A stretch of 64,000 nt of DNA from Polyangiales bacterium. GTDB taxonomy: Bacteria; Myxococcota_A; Polyangia; Polyangiales; Polyangiaceae. Positions within the stretch are counted from its first letter, which is position 1. The number at the start of each line of letters is the position of its first letter. Below are positions 9,993-18,903 of the stretch, piece by piece. The stretch is from positions 256,001 through 320,000 of the forward strand of contig JBBRLQ010000006.1 of NCBI GenBank assembly GCA_038231275.1, written 5' to 3'. The notes beneath the pieces were generated by a model. That model did not search any database, was not told the DNA's origin, and saw nothing but the letters and a program-made list of their open reading frames with translations. A program made the translations under genes and the position numbers.

Positions 9993-11462
9993 TCAGTCGG
10001 ACTGGAGGGTCGTGTCGATGGGGCGCCGCGGGCGGGTGGGATCGGAGGGCGGCGGTGAAGGGGACGACGGCGGCGCAGGAGTCGGGCGACCGCGTGGCGC
10101 AGGGGTGACGGCGACGGGGGACGGAGGCGCGTCGGCCGCGCGGCGCTCTTCGTCGTGCGAGGCGATCTCGTGATGCGGACGCGCCGCGAGCTCCAGACGT
10201 GGGCGCGGCGCGCCGCGGGCTGGATGACGCGCACCGACGCCGACCGCGAGGCCCAGCGCGACGAGCCCCGCCGACGCCACGAGCGCGAACGGGAGCGCAC
10301 CGCTTCGGGACGCAGCGCCTGACTTCACCGGACCGACCCCTGCCGCGAGCGATCCTACCGACGCCTCTCCGGGCTTCGGGAGCTCTCCCGATGGCACCGC
10401 GCGGCCGCCGAGCTCGAGCCGCGCGAGGGCCATCGTGTCGGTCATCGGATCGCGGCTCGGCGCGACCTCCATCGTCATGTACTCGCGCACCTTCGCGGTG
10501 ACCTCGGCGCGCACCGGCGCGAACAGCGACGTCATCGTCTCGCCGATCGCGTCGGGCAGGACGACGACGCCCGACGCCGCGATGTAGCTCTCCAGCGCCT
10601 CCCTCATCTCCTGCGCCGACTGGAACCGCTTGTCCGGTTCCTTGTGGAGCGCGCGGTGCACGATGGCATCGAGGAGCGGCGCGATGCCGGGCACCGCCGC
10701 CGACAAGCGCGGGATCTTCCCCTTCGCGACGCGATCGAGGACGACGGCGCTCGACGCGCCCGTGAAGAGGCGTCGACGCGTGATCATCTCCCAGCACACG
10801 ACGCCCATCGCGTAGACGTCGATGCGCCGATCGAGCGGCTCCTCGCGCACCTGCTCGGGCGCCATGTAGGCGACCTTGCCCTTGAGCGCCCCCGACTCGG
10901 TCCGTGAGACGTTGCCCGCGGCCTTCGCGACGCCGAAGTCCACGAGCTTGATCTGGCCGTCGTAGCCGACAAAAATGTTCTGCGGGCTCACGTCGCGGTG
11001 GACGATAGAGAGCTTCGACCCGTCGTAGTCGGCGAGCTCGTGCGCGTAGTGGAGACCCGCGAGCGCGTCGGAGGCGATGCGCATCATCACCGGGAGCGGC
11101 ACGTTCGCGGAGAGCTGCGTGATCTCCCGCAGGAAGCGGCTGAGCGGCTGCCCTTCGAGAAATTCCATCGCGAGGAACGGCATCCCCGCGTGCTCGCCGA
11201 CCTCGTAGGTCTGAACGACGTTCGGGTGGTTCAAGCGCGCGGCGAGGCGCGCCTCGTCGAGGAACATCTGACGCATCACCGAGTCCTCGTCGACGCCGGT
11301 GCGCGGCCGTTTCACGACGACGAGCTTCTTCACCCCGAACGAGGAGCCCGCGGCGGCGAGGAACACGTCGGCCATGCCTCCATGCCCGAGGCTCGCGAGG
11401 AGCTCGTATTTCCCGAACGACACCCGCAGAGGCGGGGATGAAGCGGACCCCGCACGCACCAT
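9993..11462 (-). CDS. Membrane-anchored Ser/Thr protein kinase
   Basis: GKYELLASLGHGGMADV, VVVK, HRDVSPQN, DFG, YMAPE; one TM near the C-terminus. Start estimated. Confidence 0.9.
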   Translation of the reverse strand: MVRAGSASSPPLRVSFGKYELLASLGHGGMADVFLAAAGSSFGVKKLVVVKRPRTGVDEDSVMRQMFLDEARLAARLNHPNVVQTYEVGEHAGMPFLAMEFLEGQPLSRFLREITQLSANVPLPVMMRIASDALAGLHYAHELADYDGSKLSIVHRDVSPQNIFVGYDGQIKLVDFGVAKAAGNVSRTESGALKGKVAYMAPEQVREEPLDRRIDVYAMGVVCWEMITRRRLFTGASSAVVLDRVAKGKIPRLSAAVPGIAPLLDAIVHRALHKEPDKRFQSAQEMREALESYIAASGVVVLPDAIGETMTSLFAPVRAEVTAKVREYMTMEVAPSRDPMTDTMALARLELGGRAVPSGELPKPGEASVGSLAAGVGPVKSGAASRSGALPFALVASAGLVALGLAVGVGARHPARGAPRPRLELAARPHHEIASHDEERRAADAPPSPVAVTPAPRGRPTPAPPSSPSPPPSDPTRPRRPIDTTLQSD

Positions 11463-11574
11463 CGCACATGACAGCGTATTTGGCGGCTTCGCCCCGGTCA
11501 AGGCGAGGACCCCCGGGGGTCCGGATCGCGCGGCCTTGTACGTACGGGAGACTCGTACGAGACTGCCGTTCGGC

Positions 11575-11976
11575 ATGCGGTCCACCCCGAGCGCTCCTTC
11601 GGTCCCCCGCGGAGCCGCGGCGGTCGGCGCGGTCGTCGTCGCGGTGATCGTGGCGGTCGCCGGCGCCGTCGCCACGGGACGCGGCACGGTCGCGGGATGC
11701 GGCGGGAAGATCGCGCCAGAGCCGGACGCCGGATTCGGTGGCACCTGCAGCGGGCACATGACGGGACGAGGAGCGTCGGCGTGTGACTCGATCGATTCGG
11801 TCACGTGCGACGGCCATACGTACTCCGTGTCCTGCGCGTGCGCGGCGTCGCCCGCGGGGTGCCTCTGCGTGAAGGACGGCCTCACGAGCGCAAGCGTTCC
11901 AGCATCGGGCTGCCAGTGCGCGCCGACGCGCGAGCAGCTGGCGACGATCTACGTGGCGTGCGGGTTCCCGTATTGA
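11575..11976 (+). CDS. Small Cys-rich secreted protein or lipoprotein
   Basis: Hydrophobic N-terminus, VAGCGG, about 9 further Cys in about 90 aa. Confidence 0.6.
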   Translation: MRSTPSAPSVPRGAAAVGAVVVAVIVAVAGAVATGRGTVAGCGGKIAPEPDAGFGGTCSGHMTGRGASACDSIDSVTCDGHTYSVSCACAASPAGCLCVKDGLTSASVPASGCQCAPTREQLATIYVACGFPY

Positions 11977-12011
11977 GTGGAGCGAAGCGCAGCGGAGCGA
12001 AACGCTCCTGA
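11975..12011. repeat. 37-bp dispersed intergenic repeat, copy 1
   Basis: GAGTGGAGCGAAGCGCAGCGGAGCGAAACGCTCCTGA, identical to 40348-40384. Confidence 0.85.
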
Positions 12012-12022
12012 AGCACTCTGCT

Positions 12023-13207
12023 CTACGCGATCGCGCCCGCTTCGCGCAGCTTCGCGATCTCTTCGTCGGTGTACCCCGCCTCGCGGAGCATCTCGCCGGT
12101 GTGCTGCCCCTGGCGCGGCGGCGGCGTGTGAGCATGGCCCTGCGGCGTCAGCGGCGTGCGGAACTGCGCGAGCGCGCCCCACGGCGACGCGAGCTCGAAG
12201 AAGACGCCGCGCGACGCCAGGTGAGGATCCTTCGTCGCCTCTTCGGGTGTGAGCACCGGCTCGAGACAGCAGTCGCGCTCTTTTGCGAACGCCTCCCACT
12301 CCGCCCGCGTCTTGCCGAGGAAGATCGCGGTGAGCTTCTCGCGAAGAGCCCCCTGATGCGGCCCCGGAATCATCCCCGACGTGTCCGGCTCCAGACCGAC
12401 GCCCTGGCAGAACTGGATCCAGAACTTGGGCTCGAGCGCGCCGAGCGACATCGCCTGGCCGTCTTTCGTCGCGTAAGTAGCGTAGCCCGCCAGCCCGCCG
12501 GTGAGCGCGTCGTTGCCGCGATCGGGCGCTTGCCCGCCGAGGAGCGCGCCGTAGCCGGCCGCCGCGAAACCGAGCGCCGACTCGACCATCGACACGTCGA
12601 CGACGCTTCCCTCGCCCGTCGCTGCGCGTGCCTGAAGCGCGGCGAGGATGCCGATCACGCTCCACAGACCTCCGCTCACGTCGGCGAGCTGGAAGCCTGG
12701 CAGCTGCGGCGGACCGTTCGCCGGGCCTTGAAATCCGAGGACGCCGGCCCGCGCGAGGTAGTTGATGTCGTGACCGGCGCGCTGCGCAAGCGGCCCAGTC
12801 TGCCCATACCCGGTGAGCGCGCACACGACGAGACGCGGATTCGAGGCGCGGAGCGTCGCGTGCGAGAGGCCCAGGCGATCGAGCACGCCCGGCCGAAACT
12901 GCTCGAGCAACACATCGTACCGCGAGACCAGGCGAAGGAAGACCTCCTTCGCGCCGGGCTTCTTGAGATCGAGGCTCGCGCTCCGCTTGTTGCGGTTGAG
13001 CGCGAGGAACATCGCGCTCGTGTCGCCGACGAGCGGCGGCATGTGCCGCAGATAATCGCCGCCCGACACGTCCTCGACCTTGTCGACCTGGGCGCCCATG
13101 TCCGCGAGGACGAGCGACGCGAAGGGCCCCGGCAGGAGGCGACTGAGATCGAGGACGCGAACGCCCGACAGCGGGGCGTTCAAGCTGCTCCGCTGGGGCC
13201 GGCTCAT
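12023..13207 (-). CDS. CaiB/BaiF class III CoA-transferase (alpha-methylacyl-CoA racemase-like)
   Basis: PLSGVRVLDLSRLLPGP, LNRNKRS, EQFRPGV, GYGQTGP, GHDINY. Confidence 0.93.
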   Translation of the reverse strand: MSRPQRSSLNAPLSGVRVLDLSRLLPGPFASLVLADMGAQVDKVEDVSGGDYLRHMPPLVGDTSAMFLALNRNKRSASLDLKKPGAKEVFLRLVSRYDVLLEQFRPGVLDRLGLSHATLRASNPRLVVCALTGYGQTGPLAQRAGHDINYLARAGVLGFQGPANGPPQLPGFQLADVSGGLWSVIGILAALQARAATGEGSVVDVSMVESALGFAAAGYGALLGGQAPDRGNDALTGGLAGYATYATKDGQAMSLGALEPKFWIQFCQGVGLEPDTSGMIPGPHQGALREKLTAIFLGKTRAEWEAFAKERDCCLEPVLTPEEATKDPHLASRGVFFELASPWGALAQFRTPLTPQGHAHTPPPRQGQHTGEMLREAGYTDEEIAKLREAGAIA

Positions 13208-13211
13208 CCCT

Positions 13212-13541
13212 CTACTTGTAGCCGAACAGCTTCTGGAGCTTCATCGCGAGCATCTGGTTGCCCGCGACCTTGAGCTTGCCGGCGAAGAAGAGCTGCATGC
13301 CGTTGGCCTGCGGGTTCTCGACGAGCTTCTGGAAGTCCTCGGCCGCGATCGTGATCGTGCAGTCGGCGGCGTCGGTGCCCGCCTTGCACGCGGGACCGGT
13401 CGACGACACGTCGATGTTCCACTCCCCCTCGCCGGTGACGTTCATCTGGTACTTCGCGCCGATGGTCTTGGCGTCTTCGGCGTTCTTCGCGAGAGCAGCC
13501 GGAAGTTCCTCGTTGAATAGCTTCTTGATGTCGACGGCCAT
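13212..13541 (-). CDS. SCP2 sterol/lipid-binding domain protein
   Basis: ADCTITI..EDF...MQLFFAGKLKVAGNQMLAMKLQKLF. Confidence 0.9.
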   Translation of the reverse strand: MAVDIKKLFNEELPAALAKNAEDAKTIGAKYQMNVTGEGEWNIDVSSTGPACKAGTDAADCTITIAAEDFQKLVENPQANGMQLFFAGKLKVAGNQMLAMKLQKLFGYK

Positions 13542-13597
13542 GGGAGTCTCCTCTTTTGAGGAGACGGAGTGAATCGCGATTCAGTCAGCGCGTCAAG

Positions 13598-14722
13598 TCA
13601 CGCGGACACGCGATTTCGGCCCGAATCCTTCGAAAGGTAGAGCCGCTCGTCGGCCATGAGGACGAGCGCCTCCGGGGTCGCGCCGGCTCCGATCTGGGCG
13701 AGCGACGCGGCGCCGACGCTGATCGTCGCCTTGATGCGCGTCCGCTCGTACGTGATGTCCAGGAACTCGACGGCGCGGCGAACGCGCTCGCCGAAGACCG
13801 CCACCTTGTCGTGCTCGATCCCGCGCACGATGATCACGAACTCCTCGCCGCCGTAGCGCGCGAGCACGTCCTCGAGGCGGATCGTCCGCTGCACCGCGGC
13901 GGCGACGGTGCGAAGGACGACGTCGCCGGCGAGGTGGCCGTGGGTGTCGTTCACCTTCTTGAAGTGATCGAGGTCGAAGAGCACGACGGCGAGGTGCGTC
14001 TTGTGACGCATCGCGTACGCGACCTCGGACTGGAGGCGCTCGTGGAAATACTTGCGGTTGAACACGCGCGTGAGCGCGTCGCGGGTCGAGGCCTCGTAGA
14101 GCGAGCGCGCGAGCTGCTCCTCGGTGGCGTCGATGAGCGAGAAGCGGAAGAGTACGTTGGGGCCGACCTGGACGCGATCGCCGGGCCGCAGCTCGAGGCG
14201 GTCGACGCGGCGCGCGGCGACGAAGGTGCCGTTGGTGGAGCCGAGGTCCTCGACGATGAAGCGCCCGTCCTGCGTGCGCGCGACGCGCGTGTGCTTCCTG
14301 CTGATGCCGACGTCGTCGATGCGGATGCTCGTGTCGCGGCTGCGGCCGATGACGTTGTCGTCCGAATCGAGGGAGAAGACCTGGCCCGCGTTGACGCCAG
14401 TGAGCACCGTCAGGATTGCGCGGTCGTTCCGCACCGAGGGGCTCTGCTCGGGGATCGGGATCGACAGCATCGCCGGGTTGGTTTCGGCCTCGAACGCGTC
14501 CTCGAGATCGAGGCTCGCCATCGGAGCGCGCGGACCGGTGGAGGCCTGAGGCGGTGGCGCCACCTCCTCTTTGATGGCGGGCGGGCCGGGGAGCGGCGGC
14601 GGAACAGGCACCGTCAACTTGAGCGGAAGGCGCGCGGTGCTCGGGGTCTCCGACAACACGCGCCTCGGAAGGACGGCGGGGAACTCGGTGGTCGTCCTCC
14701 GGTCGGGCCCCAGCTCACTCAC
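13598..14722 (-). CDS. FHA-GGDEF diguanylate cyclase
   Basis: FHA motifs IGR, ISRKH, DLGSTNGT; DALT, DLDHFKKVND..GH..GD, I-site RLED, active site RYGGEEF. Start uncertain (GTG 14722 overlaps the upstream stop). Confidence 0.9.
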   Translation of the reverse strand: MSELGPDRRTTTEFPAVLPRRVLSETPSTARLPLKLTVPVPPPLPGPPAIKEEVAPPPQASTGPRAPMASLDLEDAFEAETNPAMLSIPIPEQSPSVRNDRAILTVLTGVNAGQVFSLDSDDNVIGRSRDTSIRIDDVGISRKHTRVARTQDGRFIVEDLGSTNGTFVAARRVDRLELRPGDRVQVGPNVLFRFSLIDATEEQLARSLYEASTRDALTRVFNRKYFHERLQSEVAYAMRHKTHLAVVLFDLDHFKKVNDTHGHLAGDVVLRTVAAAVQRTIRLEDVLARYGGEEFVIIVRGIEHDKVAVFGERVRRAVEFLDITYERTRIKATISVGAASLAQIGAGATPEALVLMADERLYLSKDSGRNRVSA

Positions 14723-16184
14723 ATCGGGTTTGCGGGGGCGTGTAAGCCGGGGTGGCTGCAACGTCGGCACGAGTGACGCGCGCGGCCTGGATGAATTTTC
14801 GAAACGTATCGGCACTGGGACGTGCCACCCGGGCGGAGGTGGCCGGGTCGATTTGGTAAAGACCGAACTTTGGGCAGAATCCGTTTGCCCACTCGAAGTT
14901 GTCGTAGAGGCTCCAGTGGAAATAGCCGCGGACGTCTGCACCTCGCTGGATTGCAATTCCGGCTTGGTAGAGGTGCTCTGCGATGAAGCGCGGTCGGTTC
15001 GCGTCGGCGGCATCAGCTAGCCCATTCTCCGAGATGACCAGAGGGAGCAAATACTCCTTGGCTTCCATCAGAACGGCTAAAAGCCCCTCGGCATAAATAT
15101 CCCAGACGAAATCCGTCTTCGGCCGATCGGAGGCGATGTGGTCAGGCGTGATCGCAGCGCTCACTGGCGCAGGGAGCACGATGCCGACGTGCGCCGAGAC
15201 GCGGAGCGCAGAGTAGTAGTTCACGCCGATGTAGTCGGCGCGGTGGGCGAGCGTCGGGTCCCCCTTCTTGTCGGAGGGCCCGTCGAGCGTGCCGTCGATG
15301 TCGGCGTCCCAGTCGCCGCGCACGACGGCGTTCAAGAACCAGAGGTTGTTGACGTAGCGGACGCGCACGACGGCGGCGTCGTCGTCGGGATCGGTCGGAT
15401 CGGCGGGCTCGACGAAGCGCTGGTGCATGACCGGGCCAACCTGCGCCTTCGGGTCGTGCGCGTGGACGGCGTCGTAGCATTTGGCGTGGCCGCGAACCTC
15501 GCCCGCCGCGTACGCGAACGCCCGCTTCGTGTCGAGGACGAGCCCCGGCGGGAAGCTCCCCTGCACGTAGCCGCCGAGTGGCACGACGACCGGCTCGTTG
15601 ATCGTCGCGTAGAGATCGATGAGGCTCCCCCACCGCGCGGCGATGCGTCCGCAGAACTGGCCGAAGAGGTCCTCGGTCTCGGGGCGCTCGAAGCCTTGCG
15701 GCTCCTTCGGCTTCGTCGCGTCCGAGAGGTAGTCGGGCACCGCGAAATGCAGCAGCGTCACGTACGGCGTGATGCCGGCGGCGACGAGCTTCTGGAGCAG
15801 GCCGTCGTACGCGGCGACCGCGGCCGCGTCGGGCGTGTCGGCGTCGAACGCCGCGCGCGTCGGGTAGAGGCGCGCCCAGTCGATCGAGAAGCGGTAGGCG
15901 TTGTGTCCGCCGTCCTTCATGAGCTTCACGTCACCGTCGACGTGGGCGAGCGCGTCGGGCGAGCGCGTGTCCGGCACGTCGCCGTTCTTGATCTTGCCGG
16001 GCAACGTCACCCACGTGGCCCAGTCGGAGTGCACGCTCCCCTTCTCGACCTGGAACGCAGCCGTTGCGGTGCCCCACATGAAGCCGGGCGGGAACGTCAC
16101 CGCGTCGGGCAGCGAATCGGACGGCGCCCCCGACGACTTGCTGCACGACAGGAGGAGCGCGAGCCCCGGCACGATCAGGCGCAC
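14715..16184 (-). CDS. Glycoside hydrolase family 1 (beta-glucosidase) lipoprotein
   Basis: Lipobox LLSC; FMWGTATAAFQVE, YRFSIDWAR, TINEP (acid/base), ISENG (nucleophile), WSLYDNFEW. Confidence 0.92.
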   Translation of the reverse strand: MRLIVPGLALLLSCSKSSGAPSDSLPDAVTFPPGFMWGTATAAFQVEKGSVHSDWATWVTLPGKIKNGDVPDTRSPDALAHVDGDVKLMKDGGHNAYRFSIDWARLYPTRAAFDADTPDAAAVAAYDGLLQKLVAAGITPYVTLLHFAVPDYLSDATKPKEPQGFERPETEDLFGQFCGRIAARWGSLIDLYATINEPVVVPLGGYVQGSFPPGLVLDTKRAFAYAAGEVRGHAKCYDAVHAHDPKAQVGPVMHQRFVEPADPTDPDDDAAVVRVRYVNNLWFLNAVVRGDWDADIDGTLDGPSDKKGDPTLAHRADYIGVNYYSALRVSAHVGIVLPAPVSAAITPDHIASDRPKTDFVWDIYAEGLLAVLMEAKEYLLPLVISENGLADAADANRPRFIAEHLYQAGIAIQRGADVRGYFHWSLYDNFEWANGFCPKFGLYQIDPATSARVARPSADTFRKFIQAARVTRADVAATPAYTPPQTRCE

Positions 16185-16224
16185 GCCGCTTTCCTTAGCA
16201 TGAATGCGTGGTAATGCTCCGCGC

Positions 16225-17070
16225 ATGGGAATTCTCGATGGAAAGGTCGCCATCGTCACCGGCGCCGGCGGAGGCATCGGCCGCGCCCACGCGCTCCTCT
16301 TCGCGAAGGAGGGCGCGAAGGTCGTCGTGAACGACATGGGCGGCGCGCGCGACGGCGTCGGCCAGAGCGACAGCGCGGCCTCCAAGGTCGTCGCCGAGAT
16401 CGAGGCGCTCGGCGCCGAGGCCGCGGCGAGCTTCGACGACGTGTCGACCACCGCAGGCGCGGCCAACCTCGTGAAGACCGCGGTGACCCGGTTCGGGCGC
16501 GTCGATGCCCTCGTCAACAACGCCGGCATCCTCCGCGACAAGAGCTTCCTCAAGATGGACGACGCGATGTGGGACTCCGTCGTCGCCGTGCACATGACCG
16601 GCACGTTCCGCGTCTCACAGGCGTTCGCAAAGCAGCTCGTCGCGCAGGGCGCCGGCGGCCGCATCGTCAACACGACCAGCGTGAGCGGCATGATGGGCAA
16701 CTTCGGCCAGGCCAACTACGCCGCCGCGAAGGCCGGCATCTACGGCCTCACGCGCACCATGTCGATCGAGCTCCAAAAGCACCGCATCACCGTCAACGCG
16801 CTCGCGCCGATCGCGAAGACGCGCATGACCGAAGATCTGCCGATGTTCCAGGGCGTCGACACGATGACCCCCGAGCACATCGCTCCGGCCGCGCTGTTCC
16901 TCGCGAGCGATCTCGCAGGCGACAAGACCGGCCACGTCCTCGCCGTCGCCGGCTCGCGCATGTACGCGTTCAAGGTCATCGAGACGCCCGGCAAGTTCAA
17001 AGACGACGACGACGGCGTCTGGACCGCCAAGGAAATCGCCGAAAACTGGGAGTCGATCGTCAAGGCCTGA
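16225..17070 (+). CDS. SDR oxidoreductase (MFE-2 / 3-hydroxyacyl-CoA dehydrogenase-like)
   Basis: TGAGGGIG, VVVNDMG, NNAGILRD, NYAAAK. Confidence 0.92.
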   Translation: MGILDGKVAIVTGAGGGIGRAHALLFAKEGAKVVVNDMGGARDGVGQSDSAASKVVAEIEALGAEAAASFDDVSTTAGAANLVKTAVTRFGRVDALVNNAGILRDKSFLKMDDAMWDSVVAVHMTGTFRVSQAFAKQLVAQGAGGRIVNTTSVSGMMGNFGQANYAAAKAGIYGLTRTMSIELQKHRITVNALAPIAKTRMTEDLPMFQGVDTMTPEHIAPAALFLASDLAGDKTGHVLAVAGSRMYAFKVIETPGKFKDDDDGVWTAKEIAENWESIVKA

Positions 17071-17112
17071 CGCGTCTTCGATCGACAGGAGGCGAGCGGC
17101 GCGTCAAGGTAC

Positions 17113-18027
17113 ATGGGAATGGTGCGTGTGCGCGTTCTCCTCGCAGCCGGCGTCGTCGGCCTCGGGGTCATCGCTGTGGCGTGCGGCCTCGACGTCTCCG
17201 GATCCGGCGGGGGCGACACCGCCGACGGCGGTGATCCCGACGCCACAGTGGACGTGGTCTCGCACGACGCGCCCGACACGGGCGGCGACGAAGGTGTCGG
17301 CAACGTCGAAGGCGGCCCCGGACGCGACGGAGGCAGCGACGCCAAGATCGCGGACGGCGCGCCCGACGCCTACGACTCTGGGTGCGTCGCGCTGCAGCCA
17401 CCCGCGATGGTGCGCGTCGGCAGCGTGTGCATCGACGTGACCGAGGTGACGAACGATCAGTACCGCGCCTTCCTCGCGTCGCCGGCACCTCCGACGCCCA
17501 GCAGCGTGTGCACCTGGAACACGAGCTTCGTTCCCGACGCGGGAACGCCGCTGCAGGATACCTTGCCGGTGCTCGTCAACTGGTGCAACGCGCAGGCCTA
17601 CTGCCAGTGGGCCGGCAAGCGCCTCTGCGGCAAGCTCGGCGGTGGCAGCCTCCCCGACAACAACGACCCCGAAGATCCCACGAAGGGCCAGTGGGCTCAC
17701 GCGTGCACGAACGGCGGCGACGCGAGCACGATCTACCCGTACGGCGCGACGTACGACGCCAGCGCGTGCGGAACGCCGGTCATCCACCCCGTCGGCGTCC
17801 TCGGCACGTGCCAAGGCCCGGTGCAGGGTCTCTTCGACATGAGCGGCAACGTCTGGGAGTGGACCGACGCGTGCAACGGCTCGTCGGGGCAGCAAGACGA
17901 CTGCGCGCTCATGGGCGGCCAATACAACTCCGGCGATCCGAACCAGCTGAAATGCAGGAACCACGTGAGCGGCAAGCGCGCCGATCAGCCCTTCGGGGCG
18001 ACGGGCTTCCGTTGCTGCTCGCCGTAG
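17113..18027 (+). CDS. FGE-sulfatase (SUMF1) domain lipoprotein
   Basis: AVAC lipobox; IDVTEVTN, YCQWAGKRL, GLFDMSGNVWEW, GFRCC. Confidence 0.88.
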   Translation: MGMVRVRVLLAAGVVGLGVIAVACGLDVSGSGGGDTADGGDPDATVDVVSHDAPDTGGDEGVGNVEGGPGRDGGSDAKIADGAPDAYDSGCVALQPPAMVRVGSVCIDVTEVTNDQYRAFLASPAPPTPSSVCTWNTSFVPDAGTPLQDTLPVLVNWCNAQAYCQWAGKRLCGKLGGGSLPDNNDPEDPTKGQWAHACTNGGDASTIYPYGATYDASACGTPVIHPVGVLGTCQGPVQGLFDMSGNVWEWTDACNGSSGQQDDCALMGGQYNSGDPNQLKCRNHVSGKRADQPFGATGFRCCSP

Positions 18028-18031
18028 GGCG

Positions 18032-18076
18032 CCGAGGCCATTCTTCGTCGACGAGGCCAACGAAGAATGGCCTCGG
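18032..18076 (+). terminator. Long stem-loop after the FGE gene
   Basis: Perfect 17-bp inverted repeat CCGAGGCCATTCTTCGT / ACGAAGAATGGCCTCGG with an 11-nt loop; T-run about 13 nt downstream. Confidence 0.6.
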
Positions 18077-18173
18077 GCACTACTTCCTGTTTTTTGGGAA
18101 CCGTGCCGGTTCCCTCGTCGCTTTGCGACGAGCCTCCCTCCGCGTGCTTTGCACCTCGTGCTGCGCACGAGAA

Positions 18174-18213
18174 GAGGGAGAGGGAGAGGGAGAGGGAGGG
18201 GGAGAGGGAGAGA
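18174..18213. repeat. (GAGGGA)n polypurine microsatellite
   Basis: Six tandem hexamers, one of them the variant GGGGGA. Confidence 0.85.
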
Positions 18214-18255
18214 TGGTGTGCTTGGCTTGCCTGGGATAGCCTCGGTCGTCCAACG

Positions 18256-18903
18256 ATGAAGATCGGCAATCTTCTCTCTGCTGCGATCGGCTACGTCAAA
18301 GACAACCCCCAGGAAGTGGTCAAGGCCGCGATCAACGCGACCGGGCTTCGCTTCGGAGTGCCCCTCGCGGCGTTGCGATGGGGCGTCGCCCAGCTGAAGC
18401 CCGGGAAGAAGACGCCGAAGGACATCGAGATCGCGTCGTCTCCTCCCGCGCTGCGCCTCTCGGCGACGGTCGACGCGATGGGCACGCAGGTGCGCGCGTC
18501 GGCGGCGATCAAAGTGGACGAGGTGGAGCTCAGCACCGACGCCCTCCGCGTCGGCATCCGCCTGCGCGACGTTCGCCTGGAGCTCGTGGGCGAGAGCGAA
18601 TCGCCGGTGGCGACGCTCATCAAGTCGGGCGCGCTCGACTTGAGCAAGCCGGGCAACCTCGTGAAGTTCATCCCCAAGCGCCCTGCTGCGGTGGTCGAGG
18701 CGGACGGCGATCGCATCGTGATCGATCTCATGAAGGTGCCGAAGATCGCCCAGAACGCGCGCCTGCGCCGCATCTTGTCGGTGGTGTTCCCAGTGCTCAA
18801 CGTGCGCGCGATCGAGACCGATCGCGACCACCTGTACTTCGCGCTCAAGGCCTCGCCCACCGGGCTCCTGCGGGCCATCGACGCGATCCGCGCCGAGACG
18901 TGA
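18256..18903 (+). CDS. Hypothetical protein
   Basis: MKIGNLLSAAIGYVKDNP...; strong GC3 codon bias; GTGA overlap with the next gene. Confidence 0.75.
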   Translation: MKIGNLLSAAIGYVKDNPQEVVKAAINATGLRFGVPLAALRWGVAQLKPGKKTPKDIEIASSPPALRLSATVDAMGTQVRASAAIKVDEVELSTDALRVGIRLRDVRLELVGESESPVATLIKSGALDLSKPGNLVKFIPKRPAAVVEADGDRIVIDLMKVPKIAQNARLRRILSVVFPVLNVRAIETDRDHLYFALKASPTGLLRAIDAIRAET

